Of a stretch of 61,895 nt of DNA, positions 49,027 to 61,317 are shown piece after piece. Source of the DNA: Paraphysomonas bandaiensis (lineage: Eukaryota > Protista > Chrysophyceae); NCBI GenBank assembly GCA_965644295.1, contig CBFFRP010000037.1, positions 1-61,895 on the forward strand, given 5' to 3'. The translations under genes and the position numbers were made by a program. The notes beneath the pieces were generated by a model, which was not told the DNA's origin, made no database searches, and saw only the letters and a list, made by a program, of their open reading frames with translations. Each line of letters begins with the position of its first letter. The first letter of the stretch is position 1.

Positions 49027-50129
49027 ATGCTGCCGGTGATGACGAAAGTGTATAATATGTACCTACAATTGCTTCACTTACAACCCCTGCTAGAACTATC
49101 CTTGATGTTGTGCGTACACATACGACGCCATTGGCTAGCTTCCTTCCCCATTGATGTGATGGCATATTCACTGATTGGTATACTTTGTCGCGGATGAGAA
49201 AGATGAGCATGTTATGAATGATGCAGTTTTGTAGTTTTATAGCTAATTTATCATATTATGACTATTGCAGTAGTTAGAGTAAGTAGTTATGAGGATTTTT
49301 ATGATCGAAGATACATAGATGGAAGAGAGCAGTTATGTCTGAGATAGGCCGAGTTGCGATACGGAGTGAGCAAACATGAGTGCAATCTGTGTTTTTGGGA
49401 TATATTCTGGTAATGAGCGTGATATGAATTGTTGTGAGCATGATATGATATTAATTTTTAGTGGATATATTATGAGGGTTATTTATATGGCCATTCTAGT
49501 CAGCCAATGGCAATTCATAATGATATTTGGTTATTTATTTATTGATTATATTTATTTGCTATTTATTTTTATTTGACTGAAAACCCTCAAATATTCACAA
49601 AAGTGTTATGCTTAATAAGGTGCTGCTGTCAACATGTGTACTGAACGGTTGATAAACAAACCAACATTTGTTTTTATCTCTTGTTTGATTAATTCACTGT
49701 TTCTATCTGGTTGATCTGGTAGATAGTGATTTTTATCCTTGACTGTTTCCTATTTTGGCAGTAATATCATTAATTGTATTGCTTCCTAAACTGGTTAAAC
49801 TGGTTGCTATTGTCATCTGAGCAATAGTTTTCTAAATCGTGGTTTAATTGAGGTAGTTAACTCGGGAAGCTCAGGAAGTCATCTGTACCGGTACAGAGCA
49901 GTTAACATCCATCGTTCGAAGCGTTGTTATTAATTATTTATTTAGAATTATTGCATTCAATTAAATTATACCTAAAAAGATGTCAAGGTCTGACTTGCTT
50001 CGCTCTCAGCAACAATCCAAGTCGCCACACAACAACAGGGGCTGTGACGAAGCACAGGCAGACCTGAAGGTTGACAATTCGGGTCAACCAACCGTGGATC
50101 AGTTGAGAATTGGCAGCGGGATCTATTTT

Positions 50130-50285
50130 TCGACCTAGTCAATTTGGTGGAATTTCCTAGTCACACCAAAATTGGTGTAAAAACCTAGTCAAAAGGTTGA
50201 AAAACCTAGTCATTAAATAATTAGATTTTTAACTTTACAATTACTAGGTTGACTAGGTGGAATAGGGTATTCACCTAGTCAAACG
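50130..50285. repeat. Cluster of ACCTAGTC(A) motifs in both orientations, likely transposon subterminal repeats
   Basis: About six copies upstream of the IS630/Tc1 transposase. Confidence 0.55.
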
Positions 50286-50653
50286 TGGGAGCATACTCTA
50301 GCAAATATTGCATGCATGCAATATGCAATGTGCATCATATATTTCAGCATCGTATCTTAGGATGGACAAATATCTCATCAGGGACATCAGAGAACCGACG
50401 CTGCCATCGAAACCCTTTCTCGCTCTTGTATACCAGCACCAACATAATACAAAATGGGGTTATTTTGGAGGTGTGGTCGAAAGAAGTCTTTTTTTTGAAA
50501 GAAGTGTGAAATCATGCGAGTGCTGATGATGAACTAGCAAGACTGATTCATGAACTGCAACAAGTTTTAACACACATATCACCATATTACACTACAAACC
50601 AAAGCATATTATGAGAACATTTTGTTATGTATGTATACTAGTGTGTTATTACT

Positions 50654-51433
50654 ATGACCTGGGGTAAAGAAATCAGGGAAAGAGCAATCCAGCTGCTGAT
50701 TGAGCGGGGATTGACTGAAAGTAATTTGAGATTAATATCAGAAACACTAGGCCCTTCAGTCAACAGCCTTCGTAATTGGTGGTTTTTGATACGTGAACAT
50801 GGTTTGCTTGGTCCAAAGCGAGTTCGCACAACACTAAACCGAAAAATGAGAGATGAAGACCTTATTTTTGCGAGGATTTGTATCGAAACGGAGCCCACCC
50901 TGTTCATGAGAGAAGTAGCCGAGTTGATTTACATGGAAAATGGTTATATTTATGAAACCTGGGAAGTTAGAGATAGTCTTGCTCGTATTGGTTACAGCTC
51001 CAAAGCTATTTCGGTAATGGCTAGAGAACGTAACGAAGGTTTGCGGGATCTATGGTGAGAACATGTCACTGGAGAATTAACTGTGTCAGCACGAGAGTAT
51101 GTGTTTGTTGATGAGTCACATATTAGTGCGCAGGAGGCAAAGCGACGTCGTGGCTGGAGCCAAGCAGGCGAACGAGCATGGGTGAGAAGTACATTAGGGG
51201 ATCGTGTATCGTGCTCTGCAGTGACATCTATGGCTATGTACGGGGTGTTGTCAGTGTCTGTTTTTGATATTGTGGATGGAGACCTATTTCTTTTTGCGCT
51301 GGAGACAGACATTCTTCCCTTGATGAATAGAGCAGACGATCCCTACTCCACCGAACCGGTACCGATGAGCATATTGGTGATGGATAATGCTGCAACTCAT
51401 CTCAAAGCAGCTGTGGTGGCATTATGTTTGGCT
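50654..51433 (+). pseudogene. IS630/Tc1-family (DDE_3-like) transposase, interrupted
   Basis: N-terminal HTH, FVDES and VMDNAATH catalytic motifs, in-frame TGA at 51056-51058, and truncation at 51433 by a Copia LTR before the third catalytic residue. Confidence 0.85.
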
Positions 51434-51718
51434 TGTTGGAATACGTATGGTTCTCTAAGATAGTACTGTAGAATACGTTAAATACAATGTGAAAAACAGT
51501 AATACGTAGTCAATAGTCAAAGGTGCTATATAGCTATAACTGTGAAACTGAAGTATTATATCATGACGATTCAAGATACGGAAGTTGAGCAGTGGTTGAC
51601 ATGAACGAAATAATTTATCATGTTGTTGACATGTGTTACATGACAACACACAAATTGTGTATACAATCATAATAAAGTAATCTATCTAGTTTGACTAACT
51701 TAAACTTCTCTTACAACG
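51434..51718 (+). repeat. Probable 5' LTR of the second Copia element
   Basis: Starts TGTTG where transposase homology breaks off, ends CAACG, contains a TATA-like motif and AATAAA, and precedes gag. The partner LTR is not in the window. Confidence 0.6.
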
Positions 51719-51753
51719 ATCTTAATCATCTGAAAATGGTCATTATAGTCAAT

Positions 51754-54700
51754 ATGGTAGCGAATGCGGAGGAGAGAAGGAGGATAGAGCTGATGTTCCA
51801 TGGTTCGACGAGAGCAACGTTGAACAATGGATCGAAGACTTTGAGACGTTCCTTATGAGAAAGGAGCAGAGTGAGGTGGCTCTAGAAAGGCCACCAGAGG
51901 AAGAGGATTTCGGAATTCAACCCCTGAATAGTCTTGAGACCAAGTCCTACAAAGAAGCGGTGGACAAGTATTGGAAGGCGAATGCAATTGCTTACTCATA
52001 CTGCAGAGAGGCGGTGAAGCGATCTCCGAAGGCGCTGCAGAAGTTTCATCTGAAGCACAAGGAGTTCAAGGCAGCTGAAGGAAGAGTTAATAAGTTCAGC
52101 GCCAGAGAGATGGTTAGCACTCTTAAATCGTGTTTTGAAGGGGGAACACAAAACAAGATTAGTGCTCTGCTTGCTCAGTTTGGATCATTCGAGATGAAGC
52201 CAGGGGAGACCGCGAAAGAGTATGTACTGCGTTTTGAGCTGCTTCTTCGTGAACTTCAGGCGCATAACCAAACGGTAACGGAAGAATCAAAAATTAGTAG
52301 GCTGAAGGAGGGAATTATCAGTGATGAATATGACGGTTTGAATTATGCCCTGTATTTAATGCCCGATGATGTACCATATGAATTGCTATCCAAACGTATC
52401 GAACAGTTCGACGACACCAAGTATGGGAGGAAAATCATAGAGAAGAAGCGAAAGAGCACGGAGGAGCTGAATCATATTGAAAAGCCTCGAAAGAAAGAGA
52501 GAGTATCTACAAAGAGGAAGTGCACTTATTGCTCGAAGAAAGGTATAATACACAATCATAATACAGAACAATGTAGGAAGAAAAAGGGGAAAACGAAGGG
52601 ACAAAGACCGGGCAGTAAGGAATATACAGGATGCAGAGAGTATGCAAATCCAAAAACCATCGCGCGAACGAATGTCCCCGAAATTCGACTGGAAAGACCA
52701 AGAAACCCCAGAAATCTGGGAAGGTTTTCACATTCGAGAATATCCGCAGAGGAGGAACCGAGTCTGACTCGGAGTCCGAAGCGAATATGCTTTATGACTG
52801 CGCTGTTGATATATATGATAAAAGTGACACATGTTGTATGATTGGTACTGCTGAACACTATACATACATAGATACATGCTGTTCATCATCAATGTTCTTA
52901 ATGAATGATGTGACCATGCTTGACACTCATATGAATACATCAAAGGTGATAAACGGATCTAAGAAGGGATCAGAGATTCATATCACAAGTGTGGGTTCCC
53001 GTGGAGCATGGAGAGACATAGAAATTTCAGATCAGATCAATCGATGCCTGTGCTCCGGACGTAAGCTGAACGAAATGGGCTATCGATTCACGGTGTGGTA
53101 TGGGATCCAAATTTATGACTGTAATACCGGTGAGCTGGTACTGGAGGGACCCATGAAGAATGGAATGACTGCAGTTCCAACTCAGCAGCTGTTGGAGCTT
53201 CCAGATGTGTCTACACCGAGTAATTGTGAAGTAAATCTTAGCGATAGGACTGGTGAGGACGAGCTGGAACTGCTGCATAGGAGAATGGGCCATTTCAACA
53301 AAGGGGCTCTAACGGAGGCACATAGAAGGATGTTGTTCACTGGCTCAAATCTGCAGAGGAAGCACCTATCGAAGACTGCATTAAAAAAATCTTGTCTCTG
53401 TAGCATATGTGCCAGATCAAAGATTACGAGAGTTTCGTTTCACACAAAGGAGGATACGGATGTCAAGCCGGACATATCGGCTGATGTGCAAGTATTTCTG
53501 AATACTCCCGCTCGAGGTGATGAGCGCTACGTGATCAAACTAACTCATCACCCGAGTAGGATGTTCTGGGTAAAAGGCGTAAACCAGCGTACTAAAGAAG
53601 AAGTGATTCAGTTTTTTAGAGAGGTGTTCGAAGGAGAGATTAGGCAATATAAGCTGAGAGTGGACCACTACCACGCTGATGGAGCTGGAGAACTCATAAA
53701 TCAAGAACTTAGGAGCTATTTGAGATCACAAGGCTGCTACAAACATACTTGGTCTTCAACAGATAGTCCGGAAATGAATGCAGTAGAGGAGCGAAAATTC
53801 AGGACTGCATCAGAGATGGCGTTGGCGATGTTGTTGCAGTCAGGCCTACCGGTTCCATTCTGGTTAGACGCGTATCATGCTGCTCGCTATACACTGATCA
53901 GACTCCCTACAAGGACGGACAGAGGATACATGTCCCCATATGAGTATGTCACGGGTCAGCCACCCAGTTTGAAATATTTTAGAGTATGGGGGTGCAAAAC
54001 TTATATATTGACACCTAAGGCGGACAGGCGAAAGGACTGGGACGATAAATCAAAGATTGGATACCTAGTGGGATATTCGGAAGATAAAGTTGGATACCAG
54101 GTGTATCTCCCAGCAACCGATAAGGTAATTACGTGTGTACACATACTCACAGATGAGAGTATACCTTCCCGCACCGAAGAATATTACGCAGAAATCGACG
54201 CTCTCCGAGTACGAACAGCACCTAGACCAAAGACGGTGAATGATTATCAGCATCTCGTGAAGACTTTTCACATAGACGATGAAGACGGGCTGTTGTACAA
54301 GACCACCAGAGTGGTAGAAAGAAAGGGTGTCATTGTTGGTTATCGGTCACTTGTAACTGCGGGGAGAACCCACATTGAGCAGAAGGTACCCATACATATA
54401 GAAGATGTTCAGGTAATGACAAGGAATACGCCTGGATACACGGGATATACGGGAACGAGGGACGCCTCTAGTACCACTGATGGACGGAGTACGTCCACTA
54501 TCCCAGCGCCTGAGAGCCATCAGGAGCAGCTAGTTAACCATGGTATTATTCAGGGAGCACCTGATGAAGATATGACTCAAGGAGTACTTGATGAAGATGC
54601 AGCTCAGGGAGTACCTGAATATACTGATACTATAAATTCTAACAGTACTAATACCCTACAGAGAGTATCTAAAAGGGATGCAGAGAAACGTAAGCGTTTA

Positions 54701-54980
54701 CGGAGGAGGCTAGCTAATGCTTCAGTGTTAGGAGAAATTAACATGATAGAGGTAATGGATGCCGATGTAAATGTCATGGATTCAGAGGAGAGTACTGAGA
54801 ATAAACACGTCCATGAACCGAACAGTTTTCTAGAGGCGGAGAGGTCCCCTCAAGCGGACGAATGGAGAACAGCCAGACGAATAGAGAAGAAAGCTCTTTT
54901 ACGAAGAGGCGTTTTGAAGATAGTACGTCGACCATCTGGGGTCAAATTAATCAGATGTAAGTATGTTCACAAACTCAAGC
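51754..54980 (+). mobile_element. Second Ty1/copia gag-pol, frameshifted and truncated at the start of RT
   Basis: Gag with two zinc knuckles, protease YIDTCCS, integrase HRRMGH..CSIC, HADGAGE and EERK, VWGC, and RT start EPNSF..EW..CKYV followed by an abrupt break. Confidence 0.9.
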
Positions 54981-55329
54981 GTGACATACTTGTAAACAAC
55001 TCAGGTCTTGCAACCTAAGATCACTGAAAAGATATGTGAAATGGTTGTTTATCGAAACAACAAAACAGAATGCTTATTTAACTTATCACAGCCAGATATA
55101 CAAGCTCCCAAGTATCTCGCAACCTTAAGCTCCCAAAAGGTAGATCAATTAACTTAGCTATGATTAGTTAGATAAAAAAGTGAGAAGACAGATTCCTAGT
55201 CTAAGACCCCCATAGTACACATGCCAAGCAAACAACCAGCACCGTTCAATAAATATGACCATACATGCAGTACACTGAATACAGTTCATGTCCCATGTCC
55301 ATTGTACCCAAAATGCGAACTGAAATAAG

Positions 55330-55570
55330 CCTAGAAAACGTCCTCACAGAAAACCGCCAGTTTACTGGTCCCGAAAAAACCAAAATCCCCGATTTCGGGA
55401 CCGAAAACCCCAAAACCACCGGTTTTGGAATCTTACAGTAAAATCTCCGATTTCTGAGCTACAAAGACCCCAAAACAACCAATTCCCGAGTCTTGCAAGA
55501 AATCACCAATTATAGAGTCCCAAAAAAACAGAAAACACTAGTTTTCGAGTCACTAAAAATTCGCCAGCTC
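55330..55570. repeat. Degenerate ~30-bp tandem repeats in an unclassified insertion (54981-55755)
   Basis: Recurrent AAAA(C/T)C..C(G/A)ATTT..G.GTC-like units. Confidence 0.4.
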
Positions 55571-55755
55571 ATTTCATGATAAACTCAATCTCATTCCAAA
55601 CGTTAAATGCATTAACACATCATATCGATTTCGATTAACATTCCCAACGAAAGTTACACCTTCATATCTGTATCATATATCACCCATACCGTCCTCTCGC
55701 CATATGCCTAAGGCCCCTTTCCAATTTGTGCACCTTCCGGAGAAAATTGATGGAG

Positions 55756-56099
55756 TGTGATAACAGCAAATAGTCGTATAGCTGAGTCCAACGAGCTACT
55801 TAAATCGCTATAACACCGACACCGACTACCATATGAATATAGGTGTATACCAGTGAGTAGAAATCCATTGCTCAAAACCGAAATTGTGTGCTCGAGGGCA
55901 AGTCCTAGTACTCTTCTTCCTCACAGTTCTCTCATAATATAATAATAAACATTTACTACATTCGTTTCCTATATTAAACCAGCTACATGCCTTAAATGAA
56001 TATCATAGTTGTATTGGAGTTATATTAGTCAGTGTCATTATCATAATATTATATCATTAAACATGAGACAAGGGTGTTATAAAAGCCCACGGCTTTACA
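55756..56099 (-). repeat. 3' LTR of the Gypsy element (TG...CA)
   Basis: Minus strand TGTAAAG...TATCACA preceded by the purine tract GGAGGGGGGAGAAAGGG (56103-56119). Confidence 0.7.
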
Positions 56100-56130
56100 T
56101 TACCCTTTCTCCCCCCTCCGGATGCCGTAG

Positions 56131-59095
56131 CTACTCCTGAATAATTTTGGGATAAGCCGCAGCCAGCGACGCATCAACCAAAATCATGCGAGTAGGGTCA
56201 AAATCCTTCTGGGATCCCCAACAGTAAACCAAATAGTTGTCGAACGCATAGTTGGCACCGTTAAGGTTAAATTGAGCGCTAATCTTATGTCTAGAATTCT
56301 TATGATACCAATGGGTATACGTAAATTCCATGACATACGAAGCTGTTGCAAAATCTGGTAAACCCAGACTCTCGTACCACAGGTCACCGTAGAACCTGAG
56401 ATCAACATAAACAACATCTCCAACCGATACTGTTGTGATGTTCTCCTTCCTCATTGAAGAGATAAAACGCTTCGCCGTAAACGAGTCATACGCAAGATGC
56501 CGCAAGTAAGGCCTAGCCTCGCAGAAATCATAATATGCTTCACACTGAATATCCGGTGTCCATGGGATGTCCAGGATATCGCCGTCTGCATACTTCACCT
56601 TGAAAACCATCGTAGATTTGGTGCGTGAATCACCCGTATATGAAAGAATCTCCTCCACCTTAAATTGCTCATGGTCCCGCATCGCCGCTTCCATAGCTGA
56701 TTCCTTATCCCCGAAAAATGGCTCAAGATCAGAGACAGAATATTCCCGAATTCCCCCGGTAAGAAGATTACGAATTTGAACATCATTCTTGTATTGTCGT
56801 ACCACTTCGAACGGACCCTTCATTCTCGAGGATAGTTTCGGATGTGGTTTAGCACCAGCGTCGAACATAACAAAATCGCCTGGACAATACTGGTTCTGTT
56901 TGGCAGGATCCAAACCCGCTTCCGCTCGTTTCTCGACTAGAGACTTCTGGTAATCTGCTGATACCTGACGGACTAGAGCTAAGTAATCGTTCAACCTTTT
57001 CAATAGCTGATGAGACGGATCACTGTCTCTCCCTTGGGCGGCCAGAAGATTCTTATAAATGGAATCCTGGGACCCAAACGTCAGTTCGAATGCAGAATAC
57101 CCCGTCTCACTACTCTCGTGGGTATTCAGAATGAACATGATAGAAGCAAGTAACAGTTCGTCCTCCAAAACAGCATCAGCTTCAATTCTCTTATCAAAAC
57201 AAATAGCCCGGATGTGACGAACCACTTCCTTAATAATACGCTCACATCCGTTGACATGCCTGTTGGCGATACTAAAGACATGACGAAGTCCTGACAACTT
57301 AACCAGTTCTGCGAAAAGTTCTGATTTGAGATCAGGACCCATATCTGATATAATCATATCCGTGAGCCCGTATGTACACCAGCACCTCCACACTGCTGTA
57401 GCCAAATTGATAGCTGTCATTCCTCTCACCGCATATAGGTACACCAATTTCGTAAACAAATTAACCATGACCACAATATGCGTGTAACCAGATTTAGAAA
57501 CAGGTGTAATAGCAACCGCGTCAATTCCCAGTGCACTCCTTGAATGAGGCGGTTTTAAATGTCTAGTGATAGGAATCAATCGCTGCTTCAGCTCTCTCCT
57601 ATTCTTCTGACAGTTGATACATTCGTCCACGAAGTCTGCAACCACCTTGAAAGGCACGCCGTGTCCCGGAAATTGCCTACTACACAGACGTTTCCACGTC
57701 TCTTTCGCACCCCAGTGTCCTGCTTGCGCGTTGTGAACCTCTTTGATAGCCTGGTAATAATCTATCCTCTGTACCTCCGTAGGCGGCGCGATCTCTTGAA
57801 CGTCGTCCTCAAAATCGTCTTTTTCAAAGATGTTATGCAGTGTCACGAAGTTCACTTCATCTGAGTCGAAATCGTCACTTTCGTCCACAAATCCGGACAA
57901 ATACAGCAATCTTGACAAGCAATCCGCAACCACATATTGTTCTTCCCTGGGATATGACGAATCAAAAAGTCAAAATCCTGCAAATAAATTCTCCATCGAA
58001 TTATCTTCGCAACTTCTGATGCCTCCATCCACACAAGGTTGTTGTGGTCCGTCTCGATTGTAAATTTCTTTCCTCTCAGATAAAACGAAAATTTCTTGAC
58101 TGAATAGAATATACCAAAACCCTCCTTCTCAATAGTACACCACTTCAAGGCTTGCTCTGACAATTTCTTGGAACAGATAGCAATAGTTTGCTGTTGAATC
58201 GGACTAGACCCAGTTCCCTCAACAGTCTGGAAAAGAATGCCTGCCACTCCATAGTCACTGGCATCTGTCCTAAGTGTCCACTCAAGATCATAATTCGGAT
58301 AAAACAAAGCACAAGACTGTTGCAAACCACTCTTATATTTTTCAAACTCTTGCCTATAATCATGCTGCCATGTCGTTTCTTCCCAATTAAAACTACTCTT
58401 AGTCATATCCGTAAGATGTTTAACCAAATCTGAGTAATTCTGAACAAATGGAGCAAAGAATACTCCCATACCCAACAAGGATCTAATCTTCTTACATCTA
58501 TTTCCATTCTCTGGAAAAGGAATATTCAATAAAGCCTCTTTCCTATCGTCCGTGAGCTCGAAACTATTGTGCCTTACCAAATAGCCAAAAAACTTGATCT
58601 CCCTAAATCCTAACCAGGTCTTTGCAAATTTCAACACAACTCCATGTTTAATGCATCTATCCAGGAAAATCTCCAGCTTCTTATACGCATCATCAAAATC
58701 ATGTGCCAATAACAGAACATTATCAAATATACACAGCGCCCATTCCAGATCTCCAAACAATTTGACTACCGCTTCTTGCAACACACTAATCCCTGGAGAC
58801 ACTCCCTCCGGAAGGAATAAAGGCTGAAATTGGCCCCACGGTGTTTGAACTGACAATTTTTCAGATGTGTTCTCATGCAACCTGATCTGATGGAACGCAT
58901 TCGTGAGGTCAATGTCCATAAATATCTTATAGCCAATAATACGATCCAACTCATGTCTTACATTAGGAACTGTATAGTGTGGACTTGGAATGTACTTGTT
59001 GATTTGCACGTAATCCCCACAAATCCTAATAAAAGGTTTCGTGGCTTTTGGCGCGATCACCAAACAAGAAGCCCATGGCGACCTACTAGAAGTCT
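56131..59095 (-). mobile_element. Ty3/gypsy pol (RT-RNase H-IN-chromo-like), 5'-truncated, one frameshift near 57935
   Basis: RT motifs DLTNAFHQ, PEG and IFDN; RNase H motifs TDAS, EKE and TDH; integrase H..H..C..C, D-D-E and GPF; chromo-like FKVEEIL..FKVKY..W. Confidence 0.92.
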
Positions 59096-59292
59096 GTGGC
59101 ATGACCAAACCTGGTCAACTGGTTTGACCAGGTATTTAGTGTATGTAACAGTGTGTAACTAGAGTTTATGAAGTGATTGTTTATGGTTCAGAGTGGCAAT
59201 AGATAGCTTTAAGTGTGTTATTTGACTTATTATAGTTATCATATTATAGAGAACATTATATAGTTGTATACTAGAGCTTTAAGCAGTAACAA

Positions 59293-60935
59293 CTAAATCT
59301 TACCATTACCGAATACTGCATACTTGTACAGTAACAACTCCTCCTCTGTCTCTTGTGCACGCTGAATACGATGTAAGTCCTGGCGCATGTTATGCATGGC
59401 CAGAAGGCGTGCATTGATATCAGCAAGGCCAATACTAGAGGGGGGAGGCATGAACGAGGGGGGAGGTGGTGTCGCAGCAGCAGGAGTCGTACTTGCGGAA
59501 GGATGTTGGTAAACACCAGAAGTACTTTCATTTGAAGAAGGCGACGGGACATTAACAGCAGGAGTATTCACAGGATATGAAGTTGGCAGAGGAATATTTG
59601 GTGCAGTAGTAGTAGCTTGTTGCTTGATCTGTTCCTTGGCTGCCGCCAATTGTTCTATCAGTGACTGCTTACTGATGAAATTTCCCTTTTTCTTGCTTTT
59701 CATGGTTTCCTTCACCTCTGGTTCTTCATCCGCCTCCTCCTCTTCCTCAGTGTCGACCCTTACTATGACTTCTTTTTTCAAGACTTTCTTGCTTGTCTGG
59801 ATAATATATTTATTATTAAATATACATATATTCTTATGTATATAATATGTAAGGATAATAATAATATGATATACATTATACATATATAAAATATTATATA
59901 ATAGTTTAAAATTCATGCAATACAATGTCTCACCTTTTTCGTAGTAGTAGGAGTCTTCCTTTTCTTCTTTCTGGCCATAGTAGGCTTTGCCTCTTCACTG
60001 ACGCGTGACTGGGCCATACGAGGTCGACGCTTTCGCTTGCTGACCTCAATTATTCCAGATGCAGCAGTTTGCCCGTCACTCATCGGATCAAACGTGGAAA
60101 TCCAGTTCCCTAGCTCGTCTTTATTTCTCTTATCTGGACCAACTACGCGTAATTTCTCTTTTATCCAAGCAGCCAATACCTTCTTCATATGATCAGTATC
60201 TACTTCCGTATCGTAGTCGAAATTAAAAGAATTTATCTTTGTAACACCAGTCCAAAGCTCAACACCATTCTCCTCACTCCATACCAGGATGTCATACCTG
60301 GGCTTTGAACATTTTGTTCGAAGGTATGAGAGAACTACAAACTTCTTGTCATTCTTACTTTGATGGCGCACCCAACACATTGACAAATTCAGATGCCGCA
60401 AGTTCGAATTGAAATGAGCAGCTACAGCCAAGTAGTCGACCATAAGAGGCACGACAGCCATTACTTCAGGATTTATAAACAGTCGAACTACATTCCCAGT
60501 ATCACTCGCAAATTTCTTTCTAGCATAACAGTGAGAACCATTTGAGTGAGTTATACTGAATGAAATTTCTTTTGAAAGGAAGTACTCCAAATAATCATTA
60601 GATTTATGGCCAGGCTCACCCTTGGAGTCACCCATCTCGACATTCTCTTCATTACACTCCTCCGCTATGTCATCGAGGTCCTCCTTCGTCTCCTCAGTGG
60701 GCTCATGCTCAAATAAATCCTTGTAGCCGTCTGCATTGCAAGGACCGCATATTGAATCAGATACACCCTTATCTCGATTACTGTAATGATTAGAGCACAC
60801 TGAACATGTCAATTGCCGTTCATCCAACTCAATATCGGACTGGCTACTATTGAATTCACCACTGTTGAGGTATGAGTCATCGATGTTGTCTGTCATGTTT
60901 AAAGTATAGAATGAATGGGATTGAAAATCATACAC
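59293..60935 (-). CDS. Hypothetical two-exon protein (CxxC..CxxC, acidic tracts, basic NLS-like runs, Pro-rich tail), possibly transposon-encoded
   Basis: A 340-aa ORF joins the next exon through an AT-rich GTGAG..CCAG intron (~59798-59933). No family recognised. Confidence 0.55.
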
Positions 60936-61317
60936 AACACAACAAAAATAACTTCAACTCGATTTTTTTTCAGTATTTTCCCTGCAGTTCCTCCATCGCA
61001 CTCATATTTCGAAAGATTTTTTGTTGATGTTTGAATTTGCGGTAGGAATTCCTACTTCACAGTATACATACATACATATTATACTGTATATTTCTATATG
61101 TTACAATGAAATGACATCTTCACTATTATTTAAAACCAGAGCACAGTCTACCCATCAGTTTAAAAAGAGATGGGCGGTAGAATAATATTTCTTCATTCGC
61201 TATATGTATTGCAATAGAGTGATGGAGGTGGGGTTCTTGTTACACGTGAATGTATATGCTGTCGTAAATATATATATCTATGTTGTTATGCTTGTTGTCA
61301 AAAGAGTTCAATATTCG

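Larger units (their letters stand above)
30028..49627. repeat. Tandem array of five ~3.9-kb units
   Basis: Units start at 30028, 33922, 37817, 41732 and 45645 and are near-identical; the junction ..AATAAGGTGCT-GCT-TCTGTAGCG has 3-bp GCT microhomology. Confidence 0.97.

Noticed and set aside
30028-49627. Helitron tandem array
   Set aside because: No CTRR end with subterminal hairpin at the junction and no Rep/helicase; the unit starts inside a LINE tail.
31152-51058. Stop-codon reassignment suggested by in-frame TAA (31155) and TGA (51056)
   Set aside because: Both lie in decayed transposases; host genes and the intact Copia use standard stops.
52625-52650. Programmed gag-pol frameshift in the second Copia
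   Set aside because: The shift falls in an AG run in the middle of a zinc knuckle and there is another shift near the gag start, so mutation or sequencing error is more likely.
55709-55755. Possible PIF/Harbinger end TAA|GGCCCCTTTCCA
   Set aside because: Only a short motif, with no partner TIR or transposase in the window.
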